A DNA stretch of 64,000 nt, taken from contig JBCCHT010000006.1 in the NCBI GenBank assembly GCA_039028615.1, positions 160,001 through 224,000 of the forward strand, in the 5' to 3' direction. Of this stretch, positions 22,817-31,477 are shown piece after piece. Position numbers and translations under genes: made by a program. The first letter of the stretch is position 1; every line of letters begins with the position of its first letter. Source of the DNA: Myxococcota bacterium (GTDB lineage: Bacteria > Myxococcota_A > Polyangia > Nannocystales > Nannocystaceae). The notes under the pieces were generated by a model. The model was not told where the DNA came from. It made no database searches and saw only the letters and a program-made list of their open reading frames with translations.

Positions 22817-23796
22817 CCGATGAACTCCCCCTCGTCATCGTGAGCCGGGCCTTGCCGCCCGGTTGGCTCGATCGCCTCGAAGGCTCGTGCCGCCTGCTGG
22901 TGGGCGACGCCGACACGCCGGGCTTCGAGCCGCACCTGCTCGAGGCCCTCCCCCAAGCCCAGGGCCTGCTGTGCCTGCTCACCGAGCGCGTCGACGATGC
23001 CCTGCTCGCTCGAGCGCCGCAGCTGCGCGTGGTGAGCAACATGGCGGTCGGGGTCGACAACATCGACGTACAGGCGTGCACACGGCGAGGCATTCCGGTC
23101 GGCAATACGCCGGGGGTGCTCACCGAGGCCACCGCCGACCTCACGATGGCCCTGCTGCTCAGCGCGGCACGCCAGCTCCCCACCGCGGCCCAGGATGCCC
23201 GCGAAGGCCGATGGTCGACCTGGTCTCCCACGGGCTGGCTCGGACTCGACCTGCACGGAGCGACCTTGGGCATCGTGGGCCTGGGCAAGATCGGGCAGGC
23301 CGTCGCGCGTCGAGCCCGGGGCTTCGGCATGACCCTTCGCTACGCCAGCCCCAGCGCCAAGCCGCAGGCGGAGGCAGAGCTCGGGGTGCAGCGCATGGCC
23401 CTGCCCGAGCTGCTCGCCGCGTGCGACATCGTCTCGCTCCACGTGCCGCTGTCGGAGCAGACCCGCGGGCTCATCGACGCCGACGCACTGTCCCGCATGA
23501 GGTCGTCGGCGCTGCTCGTCAACACCGCGCGAGGACCCATCGTGGACTCGGCCGCGCTCGAGCAGGCCTTGCGTGCGGGCCAGATTGCCGGGGCCGCCAT
23601 CGACGTGACCGACCCCGAGCCCCTGCCCGCCTCGCACTCGCTGTACTCGTGCCCCGGGCTGCTCGTGCTGCCGCACATCGGCTCGGCCACCCACGGCACC
23701 CGACGTCGCATGGCCCAGCTCGCCGCCGACAACGTGCTCGCCGGGCTCGCCGGTCGACCCCTGCCCCACACGGTCAACCCCGGCGTCGGCCGCTGA
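22813..23796 (+). CDS. D-2-hydroxyacid dehydrogenase (glyoxylate/hydroxypyruvate reductase type)
   Basis: AVGVDNID, NTPGVLTEATAD, GLGKIG, NTARG, PEP, LPHIGSAT. ATGA overlap with the kinase gene. Confidence 0.93.
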   Translation: MTDELPLVIVSRALPPGWLDRLEGSCRLLVGDADTPGFEPHLLEALPQAQGLLCLLTERVDDALLARAPQLRVVSNMAVGVDNIDVQACTRRGIPVGNTPGVLTEATADLTMALLLSAARQLPTAAQDAREGRWSTWSPTGWLGLDLHGATLGIVGLGKIGQAVARRARGFGMTLRYASPSAKPQAEAELGVQRMALPELLAACDIVSLHVPLSEQTRGLIDADALSRMRSSALLVNTARGPIVDSAALEQALRAGQIAGAAIDVTDPEPLPASHSLYSCPGLLVLPHIGSATHGTRRRMAQLAADNVLAGLAGRPLPHTVNPGVGR

Positions 23797-23806
23797 TCCG
23801 ACCTCG

Positions 23807-24433
23807 CTACAACTCCGGGAAATTGTCGTAGCGAAGGCTGGCGCCGTCGAACACGATGCGACGCCTCCGATACGGGCTCCAGTCGGCAGGGTCGGTCTTC
23901 ACGAACATCGTCGGCTTGGAATTCGTGGGCGCGGAGAACAGGAATTGTCCGGTGCCGTCGACGACATCGAGGGTACTGATGGCATTGCCATGGTCGAGGA
24001 CGAACGAGACCTCGTTCGTCGCACCGGGCTGAATGAGCCCGGTCAGCTGCGGCAGGCCACTTCCCCCGCCCGTGAACGAGATCTCGAACTCGACCTCACC
24101 GACCCCCGCGGGGGCCTCGTTGACGAACTCCACCGCCATGCGCACGTCTGTCCCCGGGGCGCTGCACGTCTGCCCGAGCACCGACTCCACACCGGATTGG
24201 CACTGCTCCACGAGCGCGCCGACCACGAGGTTCGGATCGACACCGTCCTCGCCGGCATTCTCGCAATCGTCGACGATGCGATTGACTGCGTTCTGAGTCG
24301 TGGACGGATCACAGCCTTGCGTGCGCAGCCTCCCTGCGAGGTGGTCGATCGCGTCTTGGCAATCCCGACAATCCCCGCAGCCCGAAACGACCGCAACGAC
24401 GAGCCCCACAGCGATCGCGTCGAACACCTTCAT
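23807..24433 (-). CDS. Hypothetical lipoprotein
   Basis: MKVFDAIAVGLVVAVVSGC lipobox and Cys-rich N-terminus (CGDCRDC). Start at ATG 24433. Confidence 0.65.
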   Translation of the reverse strand: MKVFDAIAVGLVVAVVSGCGDCRDCQDAIDHLAGRLRTQGCDPSTTQNAVNRIVDDCENAGEDGVDPNLVVGALVEQCQSGVESVLGQTCSAPGTDVRMAVEFVNEAPAGVGEVEFEISFTGGGSGLPQLTGLIQPGATNEVSFVLDHGNAISTLDVVDGTGQFLFSAPTNSKPTMFVKTDPADWSPYRRRRIVFDGASLRYDNFPEL

Positions 24434-24578
24434 CCCGTTCACACTACGCCTCGGACGGACCATTGACGACTCGGTCATGCGACGGCCCTCGTCATCGCCG
24501 CCCCGAACGAGCCGAGACTCGGCGGACGCGGCACGCGAACGCAGTTCGTTGGCGACCGGGATGCCGCGACCAGACTCG

Positions 24579-25286
24579 CTACGCGAAGGGGTCGGCCGCC
24601 TCCGGCATTGGCCCGCGCTCCACCGCCGCCGCGGCCTTTCGCAGCGCCGCCGCTCGGCTCTCGATGGCGGCGAAGTTGCCGGCCGCCATATCGGCCGGCT
24701 CGAATAGCCCGGTCGTCATCCCCACCGACCACGCCCCGGCCTCGAACCACTCGGCGATGTTGTCGAGGAACACCCCGTTGGTGGGCACGACCCGCACGAA
24801 GGGCAGCGGCGCCAACGCGGAGCGTAGCCACGTCGGGCCGCCCGCGGGCATGGGGAAGAGCTTGACCAGCGGCGCCCCGGCTCGATGCGCGGTGACCATC
24901 TCGGTGGGGGTGTGCACGCCCGGCAAGATCGGCACGCCCAGCTCGTTCGCGGTCGCGATCACCTCCAGGTCGGTGATCGGCGAGACCAAGAAGCTCGCCC
25001 CCGCATCGACCGCGGCGCGGGCCTGGTCGGGGGTCATCACCGTGCCGGCACCGACCACCAGTCGCTCGAGACCGCCCAGGGTCACCTGCCCCGCGCGCGT
25101 CGAGAACCGGGAGATCAGCCCCAACGCGTTCGGCGTGGTCATGGTGAACTCGATGAGCCGAATCCCGCCCCGTACGGCCGCATCCATGGCCTCGGAGGCA
25201 AGTCCCTCGTCGCGAGTCCGCAGGATGGCCGTGAGCCGATGGCGCCACAGCGCGGCGAGAAAGTCGTGGTGGGGATGTTGGGTCAT
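24579..25286 (-). CDS. eda: KDPG/KHG aldolase family protein
   Basis: AILR, IEFTMTTP, VGAGTV, GASFLVSP, PGVHTPTE, VKLFP, VPTNGV. Confidence 0.85.
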   Translation of the reverse strand: MTQHPHHDFLAALWRHRLTAILRTRDEGLASEAMDAAVRGGIRLIEFTMTTPNALGLISRFSTRAGQVTLGGLERLVVGAGTVMTPDQARAAVDAGASFLVSPITDLEVIATANELGVPILPGVHTPTEMVTAHRAGAPLVKLFPMPAGGPTWLRSALAPLPFVRVVPTNGVFLDNIAEWFEAGAWSVGMTTGLFEPADMAAGNFAAIESRAAALRKAAAAVERGPMPEAADPFA

Positions 25287-25410
25287 GGCGAGAGTGGCGC
25301 CGTCCGGCACCGTCCCCCGCATCGTAACAAGTGGCGTGTAAGGGGACCGTTCATCCCCCGTTGGTCTCCCCGCCTTGGCCTCCGTTCATCCGACGGGCAT
25401 TCTGAACGGG

Positions 25411-26277
25411 ATGCTCCCCTCCGCGTGCTTCGCCGTCGTGACGCTCCTGTCGTCCGGACCCGCCGAAGCGGCGCCCACCGAAATCGCGGCGCCCGGCAGC
25501 GAACCCGCGCCGCCGGCCGTGCAGGCCCCGGCCGCGATCGCAGAAGCGAAGGCCGAGCCCCCGGACACCACGCCCGCTGCGAGCCCGAGCCCGAGCCCGG
25601 CGAAGGAACGTACTGCCAGCCCGGCGACGCCTTCCTCACCCGCCCCCACCGAGGAGGCGACGACGCCCGAGCCCGAGACCGAAGCGCAGGACGAGCCCAG
25701 CAGTGCCACCGAGGGCCGCGCCGCTCGGACCTACCCACGGCTGGTGATCGCGGGCGGCCCCCTCATCGGCCCGCACGCGATCGGCAACGAGGAGTGCAAG
25801 TCCGAAGAGGCGCGCTGCGAGACCAAGGGCTCGTTCTTCGGCTTGGGCGGTCAGGTCGAGCTTCGCGGTCGACTGTGGCGCCCGCTGTACCTGCACGTCC
25901 GCGGCATCGCGGTCCGCAACGTCTCGCCCAACGACCCCATCTACGGGGGCATGGTCGGGGGCGCGTCGGGCCTGGGTCTATACGGTCGCCGCATCTTCGG
26001 CCGCGCCGAGTACATGTTCGTGCAAGCGCTGGGCGACAACGCCTTCGAGCCGCCCTTCTTCGACGGCGACGTGGCCACCGACGACTGGGGCAACCACGCC
26101 GGGATGGTGGCGGTGGGCTTTCGTCAACCCCTGCCGCACCACCTTTCGATCGAGCTGTGGGGCGGCGTGATGTTCGGGCCGAAATCGATCCGTCAAGTGC
26201 CTCAGCAGCTCCCCGACGAGCGAGTACTGACCACCTTCCAGCTCGGCGTCTCGCTGGCCTGGGACGCCTGGCGGTAA
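25411..26277 (+). CDS. Hypothetical exported protein, probable small outer-membrane beta-barrel with Pro/Ala-rich N-terminus
   Basis: Signal peptide, alternating amphipathic Gly/aromatic strands, C-terminal FQLGVSLAWDAWR. Confidence 0.65.
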   Translation: MLPSACFAVVTLLSSGPAEAAPTEIAAPGSEPAPPAVQAPAAIAEAKAEPPDTTPAASPSPSPAKERTASPATPSSPAPTEEATTPEPETEAQDEPSSATEGRAARTYPRLVIAGGPLIGPHAIGNEECKSEEARCETKGSFFGLGGQVELRGRLWRPLYLHVRGIAVRNVSPNDPIYGGMVGGASGLGLYGRRIFGRAEYMFVQALGDNAFEPPFFDGDVATDDWGNHAGMVAVGFRQPLPHHLSIELWGGVMFGPKSIRQVPQQLPDERVLTTFQLGVSLAWDAWR

Positions 26278-26424
26278 CCCCCGACACGGTCTCGACTCGC
26301 GGCGGCGACGCACGAGGGGGGATCGAACGACGGACGAACTACGCTCGTCGGCAATTGTCGCGACAGGGGCAGCGTATGGCGTTGCCCTCACGCGTGGGCC
26401 TGCCGTAAAAGCGGCGGCCCCCGC

Positions 26425-28497
26425 ATGGATCTCCAGCATCTCAACCCCAGCCAACGAGCCGCGGTAGAACATGTCGACGGGCCCTTGCTCGTCCTCGCCG
26501 GAGCGGGCTCGGGCAAGACGCGCGTCATCACCCACCGCGTCGCCCGACTGCTCGAGCTCGGCATCGTGCCCTCGCGCATCGTGGCGCTGTCGTTCACGAA
26601 CAAGGCGGCGGGCGAGATGCGCGAGCGGCTCGGCAAGATGGTCGGCACCGGCATCGCCAGCGAGCTGACGATGGGCACCTTCCACAGCCTGGGGGCCAAC
26701 ATGATGCGCCAGGATCCGGAGCCCTTCGGGCTGCCCGGGTCCCGCTTCTCCATCCTCGACCAGGGTGACGTCTACGGCGTGGTGCGAGGCCTGCTGCGCG
26801 AGCACGGGCACCACGGGGCGGGCGGCGACCGACGCTTCGACCTGGGCGCCATCGTCCAGCGCATCAGCCTGTGGAAGAACGACTTCGTCACGGCCGAGAA
26901 CGTCGAGCAGCAGATCGTCGACGAGTACGACGTGGTCGCCGCTTCGATCTACGAGGCGTACGACGACAAGCTCCAGACCCTGGGCGCGGTGGACTTCGAC
27001 GACCTGGTGTGTCGCATCGCCTTCGTGCTCAAGCACAGCGAGGAGGCCCGCAACCGCTGGCAGGGCCGCTTCGACTTCGTGATGGTCGACGAGTACCAGG
27101 ACACCAACGGCGCCCAGCTCGAGCTGCTCCGCCAGCTGGTGCGCCCGCCCTACAACCTCGGGGTGGTCGGTGACGACGACCAGGCCATCTACGGCTGGCG
27201 CGGGGCCAAGGTCGAGAACATCCTGCGCTTCGACGAGCACTATCCCGGCGCCAAGGTCATCAAGCTCCAGGAGAACTACCGCTCGCGGGCGCAGATCCTC
27301 ACCGCCGCCAACTCGGTGGTGCAGAACAACAAGACCCGCCACGACAAGGAGCTGGTCATCACCCGGGGCAAGGGCGAGCCCGTCCAGCTCGTGGTGGCCG
27401 ACGACGGCGCCCAAGAGGCGGGCTGGGTCGGCAAGAAGATCCGTCGCCTGGTCGTGGACGAGGGCATCCCCGCCGACGAGGTCGCGGTGCTCTACCGCTC
27501 CGCCCTGCAGGCCAAGCGCATCGAGGAAGAGCTGCAGCAGCACGGCGTGCCCTACCGGGTGCTGGGCGGCCAGTCGATGTACGACAAAAAAGAGGTCAAG
27601 GACGCGCAGGCCTACCTCAAGGTGCTGGTGAGCCCGCGTGACGAGCTCGCCCTACGGCGCGCGCTCGAGACCCCGCCCCGCGGCATCGGAGCCAAGAGCA
27701 TGCAGCGGATGGCCGCCTGGAGTCAGGCCAACAAGGCCCCGCTCATCGAGGCCGTCCATCAATACGCCGAGATTCCCAACCTCCCCTTCCGGGCGACGGA
27801 GTCGCTGAAGTTCTTCTCCGGGCTCGTCCGCCGCCACCAGAGGCGCGCCCGCGAGGCCGGGGTGGCCACCGCCCTGGGCGAGATCCTCGAGGCCATCAAC
27901 CTCAAGGAGCACGTGCGCAAGGAAATCGGCTCCGACACCGCCGCCGACCAGCGATGGAACGGGGTCAACTGGCTGATGGGCAGCATCGATCGCTATGAGC
28001 AACGCATGCGGGGCAAGGGCAAGCCCCCGCGATGGTCCGAGTACCTGGGCACGGTGGCCCTCGACAAGAGCAGCACCACCGACGAGGAAGAAGAGAACAA
28101 CGCCATCCGCGGCAAGGTCACCCTGGCAACGCTGCACAGCGCCAAGGGCCTCGAGTGGGACCAGGTGTTCATCATCGGCGTCGAGGAAGGCACCATGCCC
28201 CACCGTCGCGTCGCCGCCCCGCGGGCCAGCGATGCCATCGCGGGAGACATCGAGGAAGAGCGTCGGCTCTTTTATGTGGGCATCACCCGGGCCCGCGAGC
28301 GCCTGTGGCTGTGCCGGGCCGCCGGGCGCATCGACCGGGGCAAAGAGATTCCTCGACCGCCCAGTCGCTTCCTCGAGGAGCTGCCCGAGGACGACACCGT
28401 CGCGCTGTACAACATCCAAAAAGAGGAAGAGCTGTCCGTCTCGGCCATCGACGACATCGCGTCGGCCTTCCTGTCGCAGATTCGTCCGCCCGACTGA
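26425..28497 (+). CDS. UvrD/Rep/PcrA-family SF1A DNA helicase
   Basis: LNPSQ, AGAGSGKT, FTNKAA, TFHS, VDEYQD, VGDDDQAIYGWRGA, ENYRS, TLHSAKGLEW, EERRLFYVGITRA. Confidence 0.96.
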   Translation: MDLQHLNPSQRAAVEHVDGPLLVLAGAGSGKTRVITHRVARLLELGIVPSRIVALSFTNKAAGEMRERLGKMVGTGIASELTMGTFHSLGANMMRQDPEPFGLPGSRFSILDQGDVYGVVRGLLREHGHHGAGGDRRFDLGAIVQRISLWKNDFVTAENVEQQIVDEYDVVAASIYEAYDDKLQTLGAVDFDDLVCRIAFVLKHSEEARNRWQGRFDFVMVDEYQDTNGAQLELLRQLVRPPYNLGVVGDDDQAIYGWRGAKVENILRFDEHYPGAKVIKLQENYRSRAQILTAANSVVQNNKTRHDKELVITRGKGEPVQLVVADDGAQEAGWVGKKIRRLVVDEGIPADEVAVLYRSALQAKRIEEELQQHGVPYRVLGGQSMYDKKEVKDAQAYLKVLVSPRDELALRRALETPPRGIGAKSMQRMAAWSQANKAPLIEAVHQYAEIPNLPFRATESLKFFSGLVRRHQRRAREAGVATALGEILEAINLKEHVRKEIGSDTAADQRWNGVNWLMGSIDRYEQRMRGKGKPPRWSEYLGTVALDKSSTTDEEEENNAIRGKVTLATLHSAKGLEWDQVFIIGVEEGTMPHRRVAAPRASDAIAGDIEEERRLFYVGITRARERLWLCRAAGRIDRGKEIPRPPSRFLEELPEDDTVALYNIQKEEELSVSAIDDIASAFLSQIRPPD

Positions 28498-28528
28498 GCG
28501 GCGTCGGAACAGCGCCGAGCCGCGAATG

Positions 28529-28565
28529 AAAAAAGGCCGCCCCCACCGAAGTGGGCGCGGCCTTT
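28529..28565. terminator. Probable bidirectional terminator between convergent genes
   Basis: AAAAAAGGCCGCCCCCAC-CGAA-GTGGGCGCGGCCTTT hairpin flanked by A- and T-runs. Confidence 0.75.
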
Positions 28566-28588
28566 GTCATGCCTTCGCGTGGGTCGTA

Positions 28589-29464
28589 TCAGCCGCCGAC
28601 GCAGGCGCCGGGCACGAGGGCCAGCGCGGTGCCGTCGATGCCGATCTCGGGCAGCTGGCAGGTCTCGCCCATGGCGCAGTCCATGTCCTCGTTGCAGGGC
28701 GAGCACACGCCCAGGACGGGGATGCCCATGATGGCGGCGGGGGCACAGTTGCCCGACACGCACTCTTCGCCCATGCCCATGAGGTCACAGCCCTGGTCGT
28801 TGTCGACGGTCATCGCATCGACGCAGCTGAAGAAGCCGCCGATGTTGGTGATGTCGTAGGTCGGGGCGCACTCTTGGCCGTCGCAGGCGCTGTCGTCGGT
28901 GCACTCGCCACAGGTGCTGGCCTCGAGGATGCCCGGGACCGAGATGAGGGTGCCGCACTCGAGACCCTTGCCGCAGGCGTCGGTGGTCTCGCAGCTCTCG
29001 CCGATCTCACCGGTGGTGGAGCACACGGCGGGGACGCCGGTCAGCGGGTTGCCGAAGTTGCAGCCGAAGCCGGTGGTCTCGGCACAGTCCGCGTCCTCGT
29101 CACACTCGGAGCAGACGCCGCCCAAGGGGCCGACCACGAAGCAGTTGCCGGACATGCAGTCGCACTCGGCGTCGGCACAGGCAGCTCCGAGCTCGCCCTC
29201 CATGGTGCACTCGGCGGTGGTGGCCGGGTCGGTGGTGGCCTCGTCGGTGGTGGCCGTGGTACCGGGATCCGTGGTCGCGCCGCTGTCGGCGTCGGTGGTG
29301 GCCGGCATGGTGGTCGCGCCCGGCCCGGAGGAATCCGAGGTCGCGGCATCCGTGGCACCGCCGGTGGTGTCGTCGTTGCTGCTGCTGTCGTCGCCGCAGG
29401 CGGTGGTGAATCCGAGGGCCAGGACCAGCGAGGCGCCAGTAAGAAGCTGAAGCTTGTTCATCAT
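28589..29464 (-). CDS. Cys-rich lipoprotein
   Basis: Lipobox TTAC, Thr/Asp-rich linker, then repeated CxxxxxCxSGNC / CSECxxDxDC modules. Confidence 0.8.
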   Translation of the reverse strand: MMNKLQLLTGASLVLALGFTTACGDDSSSNDDTTGGATDAATSDSSGPGATTMPATTDADSGATTDPGTTATTDEATTDPATTAECTMEGELGAACADAECDCMSGNCFVVGPLGGVCSECDEDADCAETTGFGCNFGNPLTGVPAVCSTTGEIGESCETTDACGKGLECGTLISVPGILEASTCGECTDDSACDGQECAPTYDITNIGGFFSCVDAMTVDNDQGCDLMGMGEECVSGNCAPAAIMGIPVLGVCSPCNEDMDCAMGETCQLPEIGIDGTALALVPGACVGG

Positions 29465-29693
29465 GTCAAAAGACTCCCTTTTGCCGCAGGCAGGCGCGGC
29501 TCAAACCGATCAACGTTCGGGGCATCCTGGCGGATGAGGGCGCGGTTCGTCCAGCGCCTTTTCGTGGGGTCCCGCCAGATCCACCATTCCTAGGACCACT
29601 GCTTTGGCGCACGCAACGCCAGTAACGATCGGTGCATGCTGAGGCCGGACCTATGAGTGGGCCACCCTCGGGCCCGGTCGGGCTGGGGCCAAA

Positions 29694-30080
29694 CTACGAA
29701 TCGGCGGGGCTCGCCGGGATGGTCACGACGGCGTCCGAACCGTCCTGGCGCACGGCGAATGCCTCCAAACGGCCGCCCACGCAAGGACCGCGATCACACA
29801 GCCCGGTCGCGGGCACGTAGCAGGCGCCGTGCGTGCGGCAGATGATGCGGTCGACCTTCGGTGCCCAAAATCGCCCCGTGCCCATGTCGAGGTCCAGGGG
29901 GACATGGGCACAACGGTTGCGATAGGCGACGAGCGATCCCTGACCCTGGGCATCGCGCAGCATCATGACGAAGCCCTGGGCCTCGTCCTCGCCATCGGCG
30001 AACGCAAAGGTGCGCGCATCGCCGTGCTCGAGGCTGTCGACCTCGGGCACGCGGACCTGCTGCGGTGCCGTCTCGGCCAT
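29694..30080 (-). CDS. Rieske [2Fe-2S] ferredoxin
   Basis: NRCAH and ICRTHGA Rieske motifs, TGLCDRGPC. Confidence 0.88.
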   Translation of the reverse strand: MAETAPQQVRVPEVDSLEHGDARTFAFADGEDEAQGFVMMLRDAQGQGSLVAYRNRCAHVPLDLDMGTGRFWAPKVDRIICRTHGACYVPATGLCDRGPCVGGRLEAFAVRQDGSDAVVTIPASPADS

Positions 30081-30092
30081 CGCCGCTCGCCG

Positions 30093-31253
30093 TCAGCGCG
30101 CGGCGTAGAGCCGGCTGAGGTCCTTGGCCAGGTTCTTTTGGTGGGCCTCGAGCGTGCCGCCACCGATCTCGAGCAGCTTGGCGTCTCGCCACAGTCGCTC
30201 GATGGGGTACTCGCGGCAGTAGCCCGCGCCGCCCATGACCTGCATGGCCCAGTCGGCGACCTCTTTACCCACGGGTGCCGCCACCAGCTTGGCGGCGTCG
30301 GTGCCCACGCGGTTGTTCACGTCGGGGCCGACGTTGCCCGCCACGTTGTAGGTCAGGGCCTTGGCCGCCTCGGTGCGCGCGTAGCCCTCGGCGAGGTAGC
30401 GCTGGATCTGACCGAAGTTGGCGATGGGCTGACCGAACGCGGTGCGCTCGTTGGCGTAGCTGACCATCAGCTCCACGCAGCGATCGGCGATCCCCACGCT
30501 CATGGCGGCGAGGGTCAGGCGCTCGATCTCGAGGTTCCGCATCATGTGGGTGAGGCCGTCGCCCTCTTTGCCCAGCAGGTTGTTCGCGGGCACGCGGCAG
30601 TCCTCGAAGATCAGCTCGGACATCGTCGAGCCCCGCATCCCGAGCTTGTCGATGTGGTTGCTGCTGGAAAAGCCCGGGCAGTCGCGGTCGACCACGAAGG
30701 CCGTCACCCGGCCATCGACCTTGGCGTACACGAGGAAGCAGTACCCCTCGCAGCCGTTGGTGATGTACGTCTTGGTGCCGTTGAGCACGTAGTGGTCGCC
30801 GTCACGAACCGCGGTGGTGCTCATGCCGAGCACGTCGGTGCCGGCCCCGGGCTCGGTCATGCCCATGCCCGCGACCCACTCGCCCGACAGGACCTTGTCG
30901 AGGTAGCGCTCGCGCTGCTCCTCGTTGGAGCAGTTGTAGAAGTTGTTCACGAACAGCATCGAGTGGGCGAGGTACGCCAGCGTGAAGCCGGGGTCGTACT
31001 TGGCCAGCTCGTGGTGGACGATGACCGCGGCCACCGCGTCCATGCCCGCGCCGCCATCGTCGATGGGCACCGTGACACCCAGGACCCCGAGTTCCCCCAG
31101 CTTCTGGAACAGCTCGACGTTGAGATGACCCTTCTCGTCGAACTCGGCGGCCTGCGGCTCGACCTCGCGTCGGGCGAACTCGGCCACGGTTTGCCGCAAC
31201 AGGGCATGCTCTTCGGTGGGGTTGAACAGACGCTCGGAGGGGCGCTCGGCCAT
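30093..31253 (-). CDS. Acyl-CoA dehydrogenase (isovaleryl-CoA dehydrogenase-like)
   Basis: MGMTEPGAGTD, LNGTKTYITNG, KLGMRGS, ERTAFGQPI, QVMGGAGY, RDAKLLEIGGGT. Start reassigned to ATG 31253. Confidence 0.93.
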   Translation of the reverse strand: MAERPSERLFNPTEEHALLRQTVAEFARREVEPQAAEFDEKGHLNVELFQKLGELGVLGVTVPIDDGGAGMDAVAAVIVHHELAKYDPGFTLAYLAHSMLFVNNFYNCSNEEQRERYLDKVLSGEWVAGMGMTEPGAGTDVLGMSTTAVRDGDHYVLNGTKTYITNGCEGYCFLVYAKVDGRVTAFVVDRDCPGFSSSNHIDKLGMRGSTMSELIFEDCRVPANNLLGKEGDGLTHMMRNLEIERLTLAAMSVGIADRCVELMVSYANERTAFGQPIANFGQIQRYLAEGYARTEAAKALTYNVAGNVGPDVNNRVGTDAAKLVAAPVGKEVADWAMQVMGGAGYCREYPIERLWRDAKLLEIGGGTLEAHQKNLAKDLSRLYAAR

Positions 31254-31477
31254 CGGCTCTACTTTGCGTCCTGGGGCCCTTGGAGGAAAGCGCGGGACGA
31301 CTGCGAATTCTCTCATGTCGTCCGCAAACCCGCCCTTACGCCCCAAAGGGAACGCACATTCCCGGTTCGCCCGACAATTTTCAGACGCAACGCTCGATGT
31401 CATCGACGACATCGATTGCCGCAACCGAGCAGTCGGTTGCGCTCCAAGTGGCGACGATCGCGAAGGTGGCAAGGACC

